Assembly: GCA_964016885.1 (NCBI GenBank)
Contig: OZ024740.1
Location: 215,202,001 to 215,266,000, forward strand
Reading direction: 5' to 3'
From: Eledone cirrhosa
Lineage: Eukaryota
DNA: 64,000 nucleotides
Shown: piece after piece, positions 13,640 through 27,307 of the stretch
How positions within the stretch are numbered: the stretch's first letter is position 1
How the letters are laid out: the number at the start of each line of letters is the position of its first letter
The notes under the pieces: model-generated
Told to the model about the DNA's origin: nothing
Database searches by the model: none
The model's input: the letters and a program-made list of their open reading frames with translations, nothing else
Made by a program: the position numbers and the translations under genes

Positions 13640-14118
13640 CCGTATATACTTAAATGTAAGCCAGGCCAAACATAAGTCGGTACCCCCTTCCTACTTTGAG
13701 TCTTAGAAAAAGGCAAAAATTCAAATACCATGGGTACATGCACACGTGTATATGCACGTGTGTGCATTAGTTTGCCACATGTGTCTTCATGTCGTCAATT
13801 TTTAAAGCAAGTGATGTCATTTGTTTATATCTCATGTAAACAATAAGTTCCATAAGATAACAGTTAACAAAGATGAGCAACTTAGACTATAGTTATAAAA
13901 TAAAGTCGGGGTTGGCATCAAGAAGGACATCCAGCCTTTGAAAAACTGCTTCAAAAAGTCACTTATAACCCATGCTATATGAAAAAGTAGACATAAAAGT
14001 AATTATGCTGAGGCAGTAAATCAACATGTTTAGATAGTGTATATAAGTTAACCTGCCACTTTACCATCGATTTTCTAGTCACATATTTATTCCTCAACTT
14101 ATATTCGAGTATATATGC
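13640..14118. mobile_element. Tc1/mariner (Tc2/pogo-like) MITE family
   Basis: Termini CCGTATATACT...TAAG and CTTATATTCGAGTATATA. Related copies at ~400-580, 16580-16780, 17290-17475, 18925-19120 and 32320-32485. Confidence 0.55.
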
Positions 14119-14580
14119 AGTGCCGTTCTAAGACGTATCATCATCATTTTACAACCATTGTTCCAAATTTGCATGGGTTGTATAAGTTCCTCAGCTCATA
14201 AAAGTGATATTTTTGTTTCTTCTTTAGTTCTGCTTGTGGTGCATAGCTAGAGATAATTGATATCATTCTATTGCTTATGACTATTCTGAGTTTGTATTAA
14301 ATAACAACTTACTATACAAGTTTAGTAGCAGTAGCACTAACTTAGCATGCTTCATATTGTAGGTACATACAATATGTTGGATATTCAACGCTCTAATAAC
14401 TCTGACAATTCAGTCCTATAATAAAGTATTTGTCACACTTTCAAATATTTTTATTTATAAATCAGTTCTTTCATCTGGAGATCAGAATTTACCTCTACAC
14501 AATATTCTATCACATAAAACAGTCATTCTTTAAGACATTTTAGAAGTTTTAATACCAGTAAATGTGATCATGAACCAGTG

Positions 14581-14915
14581 GAGGCACATGGCTTAGTGGT
14601 TAGAGCATTGGCCTTGCAATCGAAAGGTTGTGAATTCAATTCTCAGACCAGGTGATGTGTTGTTTCCTTGAGCAAGACACTTTATTTCACATTGCTCCAG
14701 TTTACTCAGCTGTAGAAATGAGATGATAGGGACTGAGGTCCCTATCATTCCACTGCAAAGTGGTCGTGGAGGTGCCACGGCAAAAAAGCACCCAGTACTC
14801 ACTGTAAATGAGGTTGGTGTTAGGAAGGGCATCCAGCTGTAGAAATCAAGCCAGAATCAGTTCCCATCCCACCCTTGCAAGCAAGGAAAAGTGGACGTAA
14901 AATGAAATGAAATAA
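14581..14915 (+). mobile_element. tRNA-derived SINE, family B, with an RTE-like 3' tail
   Basis: A-box TGGCTTAGTGG, B-box-like GAATTCAATTC, core CCTTGAGCAAGACACTT, tail GGAAGGGCATCCAGC...GCAAGGAAAAGTGGACGTAAAA. A related head lies at 63175-63290. Confidence 0.75.
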
Positions 14916-15459
14916 ATGAATGTTATCGAAGATTTCAACCCAAAACAATTTTCAAAATAAACTAATTGTATTTCCGTGAATCTAAAAGATTACATTTATA
15001 TGTTGTATGATGAAAGGTGTAATTAATTTCAGATAAAGTTTGTGAAAACATCACCACATTAAGTATAAGAATATTTCTAATATATCAGTAACTGCAGACG
15101 CCAATGACTAAAACAGTTAGTGATATATGCATTGCATGGTCCTGTAACTCCTGAGGAATCTATAGAGTGCCATATCAGCATACAGCATTTCTAGGGTATT
15201 TTTAAACTTGGCAGAACCCATCTCTTCTCCAGGTCTGAATACAGCAGATTTCTTCCAGAGAAGGATAGAGAGAGTGAGAGAAAGATATAGAGGAAGAATA
15301 AACCCTAGTACTAGACTGGTATTTTTTTTTTATCGATCTAGAATGGATGAAAGGCAAAGTTGACCTTGGCGGGATTTAATTCAGAGTGCAGAGAGCTGAA
15401 ACGAATACCACAATGCATTCTATACAACGTTCTAATGACTGCCAATTTTCTACCTTTAG

Positions 15460-15595
15460 CAGTGCCAGATTTAGGACAAATGAGGCCCTGTGATAGTTAA
15501 GTTATGAGGCCCCTTATTGGGCTCTGAAGGAGGTAACAATTTATTTTCTGACCAACGGGGCCTTGTGCCTAAGCACAATCGTAAATCTAGCACTT
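15460..15595. mobile_element. 136-bp hAT-type MITE
   Basis: TIRs CAGTGCCAGATTTA and TAAATCTAGCACTT, flanked by a perfect 8-bp TSD ACCTTTAG (15452-15459 and 15596-15603). Confidence 0.85.
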
Positions 15596-17674
15596 ACCTT
15601 TAGTGATATATACATTAGGTTTAAAGAGAGTCTAAAAAGACTTGAAGTTATAATCTCTTCTGATTAACTAGTACTTTAACCCAAAACAATCTTTTGAACA
15701 AGACTAAGTATTACTTGCAGATAATGTTACAGACAGCATCATCTGCAGGTAATAACAATTATTTCACTACAAAAGTATGATATATTAATGAAATGTTGTG
15801 AGGAAATGAAAAGAAAAGGTCTTTAACTTTTGATGGAAATATTTAGAGGGGTGCTCTCCTGACACACAGAGTGTCTTGGGCATTTTATACCTATCCCTCT
15901 CCATGATACCGGAACATAGCCAATTTCTGTCTGAGAGATAGAGAGGGGGGATCGATCCCAGTACTGAACTGGTATTTTATTAATTAACCTTGAAATAATA
16001 AAAGGGTAAATTAACCTCGGTGGGATTTGAACTCAGAGAGTTGGAATATATTTTGAAGTATTTAACCTAACCTACTAACACCTCTAACAATTAATCCCCC
16101 TTAGATTTTGTTAACATTTTAGAAACTTCATAAAAGGATTTTATGAAACCAGCATATATCTGAATGACAACAAAGATAAGATATAGTAAGGTAGCAGTGC
16201 TGGTGACATGACAAAAACCACCCAGTTCACTGTTAGATGGTTGTTTTGGTACTATGATAAAAAGCACACAGTCCACACTGTAACATGGTTGATGAGAAAA
16301 TGTCACATGAAACATGTGTCTGACAGTCTCATATGGCTACTGAGATAGCTGTGGCATGATCACGGTTTAAATTATTCATAGCAAGACTCTTATATGTTTA
16401 TTATATATAAACATATGGTACATACCTTCAATATGAAACATGCTATGTTAGTGTTACTAGATATTAACTTATTTAATTCAATAAGAATATTTGTAGCATT
16501 ACATTGGAGTCAGTCTAACAGAGATTACACACTGTAAGTTATATTAATAGATGCAGAGTAGGATGAACCAATGTGATATTTACTGTATAAACCGATCCGA
16601 ATATAAGCCACCCCCACCCTCAGTTTATGTCTGAGAAATAGGTAAATATGCAAGCCCTTTTTATAAACTGAGCCAGCTAATCAACACATTCTTTAGACTG
16701 CGTATATAAGCCCCCCACCCCATTCTACCATTGATTTTTCTTTTGGTCACATATTCCTCGGATTATATTCGAGTATATAAGCTATATTTATATAAAACAT
16801 ATTTGTGATATAAATGAACCAGCTTCAACCAGAAATTTAAACTGACTTGAAGAGCAGCTTGTAGGTTGTTTATTTTTTAATAATGCAAATTTTCACAAAA
16901 ATCTGACCTGTAGTAAAGATACTATAAACATTTGAATTAAACACATTTTAAAATATTTTCTACTAAATCATTACAACAGGCCATATATCCAGCCAGAATT
17001 CTCTCACCACTTTCTGTTCAAACTAGCTGCAACTGGCCACTCATACTGACATTAAGGTATTGTTCTCAAAATAAATAATAGCAAAATCTCAGATTCGTTA
17101 TTATGTGGGATAATTATGTGAGGTAAAGCTTTTACTGTGAAAATACAATAGTAAATATAAAGAAATGTAAATGCTAAAGGGTTTAAAGATAAATGTCTTA
17201 ATATCTGAGATAAGCTACAGTTAATATGATTATAGTTCTTTCAACTATTAACCTTATCTTTATAGAGGAAACATTTTTTCATATTTACCATATATACTCA
17301 AATATAAGCTGATCCGAATATACCCCCCCCCTCCACACACACACACACATTTTATGTCTGAGACATGAGGCAGCTAATCAACACATTGGTTTAGATTGTA
17401 AATATAAGCCCCACCACCATTCTACCAACAATGTTTTAGTGACATATTCCTTGAGTTATATCCAAGTATATATAATACATCTACACTGTCTTTATTCATC
17501 AGTTTCATCTCCAATCATCATTAACTCTTAACATCCTGTAATGATTTAGCAGAAAATGAAAATATCTAAAAGCAGATATATTAATTCAAATGTTTATAGT
17601 ATATTTACTAGTGGACAGATGGATGTGAAAATCTGCAATATTAGAGCAAACACTTTAATTTTTAATATGATATG

Positions 17675-18410
17675 ACGCCTGTGTGCGATGTGTGATGCTG
17701 CATGGTAGTGAAACGTGGGCTTTGACTGCAGAGGACATGTGTAGACTGGAGAGAAATGAAGCAACTATGCTTCGTAGGATGTGCAATGTAAGTGTGTGAG
17801 AAAGGCAGAGCTTGGATCAGCTAATGGAGAAGCTGGGTTTAAGAGGAATTTGAGGTGGTGTGCAAGAGAAAAGACTGAATTGGTATGGACATGTGATGTG
17901 CATGGACAATGACCAATGGGTGAAGAAATGCCAGGAAATCCCAGTATAATTAAGTTGCAGTAGAGGATGACCAAGAAAGACGTGGGAAGAGGTTGTAAGA
18001 ACGAACCTCAAATCGCTAAGACTGGCAGAGGAGATGATGAAAGAACACAATGAGTAGAGAGATGCTGTGCTGAGAAGGACCCGTCTAACCCAAGCAAACA
18101 TTAAAACAATGATGATGATGATGATGATGCAGTCATAATGCTATTTTATACTTTTCGGGAATGTCTTGCTAATATTGCGGTGTGCAAGAGAGAAGAATGC
18201 ATTTGTATGGATATGTGATGTGCATGGATGATGATCGATGGGTGAAGAAATGCCAGAAAATGCGAGTGGAAGGAAGCTGTAGTAAAGGTAGACTAACAAA
18301 GACCTGGGCAGAGGTTGTGATGACGAAGAAACACAGTGAGTGGAGAGATGTTGTGTTGAGAAGGACCTGTCCAGCCCATACAAGCTCATAGAAATAATGA
18401 TGATGATGAA
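17675..18410 (+). mobile_element. Two tandem 3' fragments of an RTE LINE
   Basis: Decayed coding motifs HGSETW, RLERNEA and WYGHVM. Each fragment ends in (GAT)n. Confidence 0.85.
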
Positions 18411-19642
18411 GGATGTTAAGAGTTAAGTATCTAATTACTGGATATGTACATAGTGGTGAATCTGAACTGTGAACCTTTATTTCTAAACTAAGAGTAGTAG
18501 TAACACTCTTATCTACTAGACCATTAAAACATGAATATTTATGTTTCTGCAGCATTTACTACACACACACTATAGAGAAAACAACAAGTAGAAGTTATAT
18601 TCAGTAAACAACTATAAATAAATAAAATTAAAATAAAAGCACAATCAAGCCTGGAAAAAAACAGCCATTAAAAAAATGATGATGATGATGAAGGGGAAAA
18701 AAATAACATTAAACTTCCACTGCATGAGTTTATATGATATAAACATCTTTTATTGGAGAAACTAATTTATTTTACAACAATCAAAATCCATTTAAAAACT
18801 GCACACAAATGGTTATATTTAATTTTCATTCACTTTGGAGTGTCAAAACAAAATAAATGAAAGGTGAGTATATAAGTTGTTGTCTGCTTTTTTTTTAAAT
18901 AGCTTAAATGGATCTTCTACAATGTACCATATATACTTGAATATAAGTCTACCCCGCTATTTTAAGTAGGAGAAATGGACAAAGATCCAAACCCCATTTA
19001 TAAGCCAAGGCAGCTAATCCACACACTATGTTTAGATGGTGTATATAAGCTGACCCTCTCCCATTTTACCATCAATTTTTTGGTCACATATTCCCCAGCT
19101 TATATTAGAGTATACACAGTTATTGCTTTGGTTTCAACAGTCTCAGATTAAATCACTAGTCAAACAAATATAACTCCTTGATTTCTTTTATTTTTCTAGA
19201 AGTTGAACTCTAAACATCCTGTAACATTTAAGCAGAAGGTACAAGTAACTTCCAAAAAGGTTTGTTAATTCAAATGTTTATTGTATCTTTATTAGTGGGC
19301 AGATTTTACAGGCAAAACCAACTGGCAGGAGACCCAGAGGTAGACCCCGAGCAAGATGATTGGATAACATTCATGAGCTCGGCTGGTCTCGCTTGGGGAT
19401 CCAACCAGATCAGTTGGAGACTGATGCCTCTGACAGGACCTACTGGTAGGAGTGTTTCAGGATTCTGCTCCCAGGAATAAGTGGGCGAAGAAGAAGAAGA
19501 ATGTTTAATGTAGTCATAGGATTATTTTACACTTTGCAAGAATACAACTGGCTAATGTGACTTCATGTGAAACAGGACATTGAGAGTTAAATATATATAA
19601 TGTGAAAATATTTTTAGAGTATAAAGTATTTCCATTACTTAC

Positions 19643-19732
19643 CTGCCATACGTTCATCAACTTGTCTTTCCCCATCATCAGAATATCGGGCAAAATCCAA
19701 GGAATCCAAAGTGTGAACACTTGATGTTCTTT
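19643..19732 (-). CDS. RELCH: RELCH coding exon 2 (90 nt)
   Basis: Acceptor tttcttag| and donor G|GTAAGT, phase 1/1. Encodes (Q)RTSSVHTLDSLDFARYSDDGERQVDERMA, matching the RELCH motif TLDSLDFARYSDDG. Not present in this frame in the ORF track. Confidence 0.93.
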
Positions 19733-22139
19733 CTAAGAAATGAAATGAAATATTTGATATATTAGTCATGCAATAATTAATTATCATAATTAATTAAATA
19801 TTCATCGTTTTCATTTGCATATAAATAATTGCCGGCTAATACATTAAATTTCTATTTTATCATGACTAGGTAAATCAAATACCATTCCCCATTTTATTTT
19901 CAAACTATGGCTCCGCTGTAAGAAGGGTTTGGTGGGGCTATCTGGCCTGTCCCTCTTCATAACAGTGCCATCCAGTTCTGGGCTCCAAAACCATTGGCTC
20001 TACTGTGAGATAGGTTTGGCACAGCCAACTGGCCTGCCCCTCCACATAATGCCATCCAGTTCCACACAGTAAATGTGGTTGGTGTTAGGAGGGGCATCCA
20101 GCTGTAAAAATCCCAGCCAAATTTACAGTCTCGTCAGAACAAGGTATGATGTGGCCATTCCTAGCCAGACTTGTCTCTTGGCGTGGAAAACCTGTCTAAC
20201 CCATGCTAGCATGGAAAATAGACATTAAACTGTGATGATGATGATGATGATTATGACAATCTCACAATTAAACAGCATTACAGAGGTGGAGTTAAAACAA
20301 GTAGATAGTATTGACAATAGAAAGACCAATGGAAACATTGTTTACTTGGTCTAATGAGCGCCACCGCACTCAGTAAGTGATTCAGATAAGGGATCTTGTT
20401 GATTCCCCCTATAGAGGTGGGGCAAAGTTGAAAGAAAAAAAACAGTTTGTACATGGAAACAACCTCTGAAAACGTTTCCAATAAGTACAATTAGGTAGCA
20501 CATGAATAAGATACACTTACCATCATCATTTTATCTCTGCTCTTCCCTGCTTGCATAAGTTACTATTTATATAATACTAAGGGTGGACAAGCCAATAAAA
20601 GAGCTGTTACACCATTGATTGACTTATTAGAAATAATAGTCAAATCTTTATTAAATTCAACCCTGTTGAATACACCAGCATATGATATACCAGAAAAGAA
20701 GACAAGATATTCATGAATGGAACACTTGTTGAACAATGAAAATTTGTGCATCTAGTTATCTGGTGGATATTATAGGTCTGTTCAATCAAGGCTGACCTAG
20801 AGCTACACAACAACAGCAACAACAACAATACACCAAGGACTGTACAGTTTGCAGAAGCAAGTAGTGGGTTAATTTATAATTTGAAAATGATGAATTAGCT
20901 ATGAATATGGGCATGTGGTTAAAAAGAATCATTGGACAGATTTTACAAGCAAAACCAACCAGCAGGAGACCCAAGGGTAACCCCCCGAGCAAGATGGTTG
21001 GATAACATCCATGAGCTTGGCTGGTCTCACTTGGGGATCCAGCCGGACCAGTTGGAGATGGTTGTTTCTGACAGGACCAACTGGAAGGAGTGTTTAAGGA
21101 CTCTGCCCCCACAACCCTCTAGAGAATAAATGGGTGAAGAAGAAGGAGAAGATGAGTTAGCTAAGAATGGTGAGGTCCAATCTTCTGCTGAACTGAGAGA
21201 TGACAACAGACCAGAGTATCCTCATGAATTACAACATGAAGAGAAAGGAAATATTTATGGTTACTCTAACTCAATGATTTATGGGACATTACTTAAGAAA
21301 CATTAAAATGTTACAGCAGAATAATTCTCATCGATTCCTTTTTGTTTGACCGACAGACAAGTTTATATGTATTTGAAACCATTAATATGATTCATTGTTG
21401 TTAGATTATTAATGCTACAATACAATGAACACTATCACATTATAAAAGACTTGATCTTTGAATTCACTTGTTCCACATATCATTATCATCATTTTAATGT
21501 CCACTTCCCCTGCTAGCAAGGGTCGGATGGGTCTACATAGACCAAGTAAAAACTGAAGTGGGGCTACTGACCTTCTAGACAGGCCAGGAATCTGCATCTC
21601 GGTTACATACAGTCCTATGTTCTACCGAGTGCACAGGAGAGGTTGTCATGTCTTTGACACAAACTGATGGGTACTCCTAACCCCTTGTTTGGCAAGTTTT
21701 CCACGGATGCCCTTCCTGACACCAAACACTTTACAGTATGTACTAGGTGCTTTTATTAAGTGGATCATCAGCACTTGGGAAGGTGTTATGTCATCCCAAA
21801 TCTTTGTTTGACTGTTTGACAAGCCTTCTATGGCTGGATGCCCCTCTTATCACCAACCACATTACAGCATGCACTGGCTAAATATACTGTTTGTAATATT
21901 GAACACTATAAGCACCAGTTTGAGAGAGAAAGAGGCTGACTGACAGAACTTAGACCATGTCTTCTTAACTTTTTAGATGATTAAGTAACTAATCCCACTA
22001 CAGAATCCTGTCAACTAATCTCTTTCTATTTCCTCTCACAAATTGTGACATGCAATGTCTAATATCATTGACAGTAGATGCAGCATAACTGAAGAGTTAA
22101 GTTTGTTTCCAATCATAAAATCCTGCATGATATCTGGGT

Positions 22140-23054
22140 AAAATGTTATTTAACATAACCTAGAGTCAAATTAGGTACTATACTACATGACATCTTGGCC
22201 AAATGTTAACACAACCCAGGGTCAACTTAGGTACCATACTACATGACATCTTGGTCAAATATTAACATAACCCAGGGTCAACTTAGGTACCATACTACAT
22301 GACATCTTATTCAAGTCTTAACATAACCCAGGGTCAACTTAGTTACCCTACTACATGACATGTTGGTCAAGTGTTAACATAACCTAGGGTCAACTTAGGT
22401 ACCATACTACATGACATTTTGGTCAAGTGTTAACATAACCTAGGGTCAACTTAAGTTCCATACTACATGATATCTTGGTTAAGTGTTAACATAACTTAGG
22501 GTCAACTTAGGTACCATACTACATGACATCTTGATCAAGTGTTAACCTAGGGTCAACTTAAGTTCTATACTACATGACATTTTGGTCAAGTGTTAATATA
22601 ACCTAGGGTCAACTTAGGTACCATACTACATCTTGGTCAAGTGTTAATATAACCTAGGGTCAAATTAGGTACCAAACTACATGACATCTTGGTCAAGTGT
22701 TAATATAACCTAGGGTCAAATTAGGTACCATACTACATGACATCTTGGTGAAGTGTGAAAATAACCTAGGGTCAACTTAGGTACCATACTACATGACATG
22801 TTGGTCAAGTGCTAACATAACCTAGGGTCAAATTAGGTACCATACTACATGACATCTTGGTCAAGTGTTAACATAACCTAGGGTCAACTTAAGTTCTATA
22901 CTACATGACATCTTGGTCAAGTGTTAACATAACCTAGGGTCAACTTAGGTACCATACTACATGACATCTTGATCGAGTGTTAATATAACCTAGGGTCAAC
23001 TTAGGTACCATACTACATGACATCTTGGTCAAGTGTTAATATAACCTAGGGTCA
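22140..23054. repeat. 56-bp tandem repeat, about 16 copies
   Basis: Unit CATACTACATGACATCTTGGTCAAGTGTTAACATAACCTAGGGTCAACTTAGGTAC (starts at 22235 and 22291). Confidence 0.95.
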
Positions 23055-23420
23055 TTTACAGTAGTAACACCATCCCAGAAGTGTGAGCCATACTTTAATA
23101 TTCACAGTGTGAGCTGTACTTTAATATTTACAGTAGTAACCCCCCGAAGTGTGAGATGTACTTTAATATTTACAGTAGTAACACCATCCCAGAAGAGTGA
23201 GATGTACTTTAATATTTACAGTAGTAACACCATCCCAGAAGTGTGAGCTGTATTTTAATATTTACAGCAGTAACCCCCCACCCACCCCCCGCCACCACCA
23301 CCACCACGAAGCCTGACCTGTACTTTAATATTTACAGCAGTAACCCCCCCCCCTCCGAAGAGTGAGCTGTACTTTAATATTCACGGCACCATCCCAGAAG
23401 TGTGAGATGTACTTTAATGT
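23055..23420. repeat. ~46-bp degenerate tandem repeat, about 8 copies
   Basis: Unit TTTACAGTAGTAACACCATCCCAGAAGTGTGAGCTGTACTTTAATA. Confidence 0.85.
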
Positions 23421-23537
23421 CTAACACAGTTGTGCCATCAAGCAGGTCAACAATTATTCAAAAACTGAAATATTTTCTAACCTTAAAAAAAAGCCTAGGC
23501 ATTGGTGCTACAGATAGACTAATGATGTATGGTAAAG

Positions 23538-23980
23538 AAAAGTAAAGCTTCAGTAGATATAGCTTACTAGAGACTGTACTGGTGTTCACTAAAGTAAAAC
23601 TTCAGTAGATATAGCTTACTAAAGACTGTACTCACTTACTAAAGACTGTACTCTTGTCCACTTACTAGAAACTATACTGGTGTTCACTAAAGTACAGCTT
23701 CAGTAGATATAGCTTACTAAAGACTGTACTGTTGTCCACTTACTAGAGACTATACTAGTGTTCACTAAAGTACAACTTCAGTAGATAGTTGTAGTGCACC
23801 TGAGCACTGTACACAATAATTTCCACTATTATATAACTTACTAGAGACTTTACTGTGTTCCCTAAAGTAGAGCTTCAGTAGATACTGTACCATTATTCAT
23901 GAACTAGAGACTGTACAGGTGTGCACTAAAGTAGAGCTTCAGTATATATAGCTTACTAAAGACTGTATAGTCACTAAAGA
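23538..23980. repeat. ~52-bp degenerate tandem repeat
   Basis: Unit CTAAAGTAAAGCTTCAGTAGATATAGCTTACTAGAGACTGTACTGGTGTTCA, with partial units. Confidence 0.85.
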
Positions 23981-24289
23981 GGGTAAGATCTCAGATTGGT
24001 AGTTAGCAAGACTAGAAAGATTTCATTTTTGGGGACATGGGACACACTGTTACAAAGAGCTTTGTGAGAGTGTAGACCAGTTACAGAATAACAGTGAGAT
24101 GGATCACTACTAGAATAAGTTAGGTAGAAGTGACCAAAGGGGTTATTTTAAGTTGACAACTGAGTGCACATAGAGATGGCTTGAAAAAGGAGAATTTGGA
24201 GGATGGAATTATTATGTTGTATGTTGAAATGACATTTACTAGTTGTTGGTAACAAGATTATATTGTAATCATGTACAAACATTTAACAA

Positions 24290-24685
24290 GATGGAAGGAT
24301 CGATAGTGTAAAAATACACACACATGTACACCAGGTCCGAACACAGAGGAGCCGAACTCCCACTGTCATCGCCTCTGTCTCTCTCACCTTCTCCATTCTC
24401 ACAATTATGAGTAAATGGAGTCCCATTTGGCCCCAGTAGTCAGAACAGAGAAGGCATTTCCTTGGAGGATGGGGAGGGAGATGCGCTGCAAGAGGCATTC
24501 CATCTCGCGAGGCCAACACTTGCAGCTAGCCAGCTCAGCGCCTATGGTGGTGAGTAGGGAGGTGGCTCTAGGGCCAAGGACACCACAAGTCTCCACTTCT
24601 AGGGGCTCGACTGCAAACCTGTTGGAGAGTGACTGATATTTGGAGAGTTTATCCTCCTCAGCCCAAAGTGCAGTAGAGCCTGAGT
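24290..24685 (-). mobile_element. 3' fragment of a CRE-type non-LTR retrotransposon (restriction-like endonuclease region)
   Basis: AEEDKLSKYQSLSNRFAVEPLEVETCGVLGP...REMECLLQRISLPILQGNAFSV matches the K..KY..L...F.P...ET.G...QRIS....GNA signature. Confidence 0.7.
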
Positions 24686-27307
24686 TAATCAGTTAAATCA
24701 ACCCAGTGCATTATTGGTACTTGATTTTATCAATCTCGTAAGAATGAAAGGAGAAACTAACCTCAGTGGGATTTGAAATCAGAAAGTAAAGAGCTGTAAC
24801 TCTATGTCGCGGAGCATGTTTACAAAGTAGAAGCAAAGCAAGCAGCAAATGTGATTGTATTGTGGATTTGTAGTATTGGTAGAGCGTTGGACACCATGCT
24901 TCATGATACAGTTACAGTTACATTCTGATTTCAAATCCTGCTGAGGTTAGTTTCACCTTTCATCATTACGGGGTCTATAAAATAAAGTACCAGTAATGCA
25001 CTGGGTTGATTTAATCGACTTTCTCCTCTCCCCAAATGTTTGGCCTTGTGCCTAAACCAGAAACCTTTAAAGGTACTCTCAAAAGGCAGAAAGGACGATT
25101 CCTATAAGATTATTATGATGCTCTTAAGAAAGGGCCAGTGAGACAAGAAACCTTACTGGCTGTGTAAGGCATGAAGATGGCACTTGCTTTCCTTATGCAT
25201 TGCACTATTGGGTGAATGTTTCGTAGTGAAGTTCCATACAGCTACAAAATGTGAACTAGTTGGGAGTTTAGGTTTTAAAGATTAAAGACTATAGTGATGT
25301 AAAGAAAAGGAGACTTATCTAGGAGGTGGTTTCAACACTTCTTTAGCTGTCTTAAATAAGAAAAAATATTTACCATAAACACAATTATGGTTTCCTTTAT
25401 ATACACTATTAAATATTACACATGGCAAATAAAATCTATTTTCAGATATACACTGATGAAGGAAAAACCTTTGGTATGAAGTGAAGTGGTGAAAAGAGTA
25501 GCACACACACACTTTTCTGTGACATTGTATAAATAATCCTGAAAATACCTATCATGAATTGACTAGCATGTTCTGTAAGCAACAATGAAAATGTTTTTTC
25601 CTTGTTTGGTAAATAGGACATTCAAATCTGTTTCAAAAGCAAGCAAACAAACAGATTTCCCCCCTACATAAACACCTTTTTCAGCTCAAAACATAATACT
25701 GCTGGTATTTCTAAATATATAAATCTCCAATATTAGATTGAATCTCATTTCATATCACAACATCAAAAGACCATTTTTCGATATTGATTATAGTAAAACC
25801 ATAACAGGTATTTATCTTCTTAAGAGTTTATTTTGTCAACAACAAAGAAATATCCATTAATATAGTTTATATTCCAATTACATTGTTTAGCTATATGAAG
25901 GTTTATATATAATTTCATTTTGTAAATTAGGATATGAGATTAGTTTATAAAATATATGTTGTGCGTTGGCTTGCCTAAAAATATTTCCAAAGACCCTTAT
26001 GGAAATATTGATGCATTTGGTGGTGAATTGATGGGTTTTTGTTTGATTTTGTTTTTTGTGTTTTCTCTCTCGCTTTGATCTGATATTTCTGTGTATTATA
26101 TTGCTTTCATTATATGTGCTTATTCTGTTTTCCTTCTGTAAGAAGTATTCAATAAGAAATATATTTTGGAGGGTTTATAAAATGTCTGAGTAAAAGTCTA
26201 AATGTATAAATATCTATCTATCTTGGGTGCTACAGAAGACCTGCCTTTCCATATGCAGGGAATGAGGCATACATCTAGTATACACCACCTTCATTCCCAT
26301 CACTCCTCTCATACACCTCCCATGTAATCACTCCACCTAAGCCATAACACCCTATCACTAGATCCAACACCCCAATTCCCCATGCATCTCCTCCACCCAA
26401 GTCCCAATCCATACTATAAAGGGGTAATCTTAGTGCCATGACAATGAACGCCCAGCCCACAATATAAAGTTGTTGTGTAGGTATCATGACTAAAAGCACT
26501 CAGCCCACACTGTAAAATAGCCATGTAGGTATCACAACAAAAAGCACCCAGTACACACTGCAAATGTGGTTAATGTCAGGAAGGGCATCCAGCTGTAAAA
26601 ACCAAGTCAAAATCAGTTCTGTTTGAGCAAAACAGTCCTCCGATCTGGCTTGTCTGAAAACTAGGACAGTTCGTCTAACCCATACTATCTTTGAAAAATG
26701 GATGTTAAACAGTGGTGATGATGATATATATATGTAAATTCTTTGCAATTATATACATCAAATACCAGTCAAGTAATCTTCACTTTAGAATTTGTTACAA
26801 AGACTTCGTTAGTAATACAAACAGTATGCTTCAAAATTAATTCACATCAAAATTCGAGACTACAGAAATCAATACAGATTTATATTTTCCTGTTTACACC
26901 AATTTTTTTAATACTTGTATAAATGAAATAGTTTATTTGTAGGAACTAATGTAGTTTTTTTACAGCTGGATACCCTTCCACTGATTAACCACTCAACCAT
27001 GAAGTACGGATCAAATCTGTTTTTGTTCAATGCCTCAAAGATTTTAATACTCTACATTAACCAAATAGCCATTATGTTCATATCTAACTATAAATAGCAT
27101 GAATAATGGCTTCAAAACACAACAGACTGGATTTCTGGGGTATACACACACTAGCACTAATAATGTTTGTGTAAATAAAATGATATGCAAAACTATATGC
27201 TTAACCCTTCACATCCTTTACCATATGAAACCACATTAAAAATAGAAAGTTAACAGTAAACAACTGCAAAACTGTATTGTCTGATACATTTAAGGACATA
27301 AAAGCCT

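Noticed and set aside
14581-14655. tRNA gene
   Set aside because: A and B boxes are present but there is no complete cloverleaf, and the sequence continues into a SINE body.
25450-25485. CTGATGA as a hammerhead core
   Set aside because: It is followed by GAAG rather than GAAA, and stems I and III are not evident.
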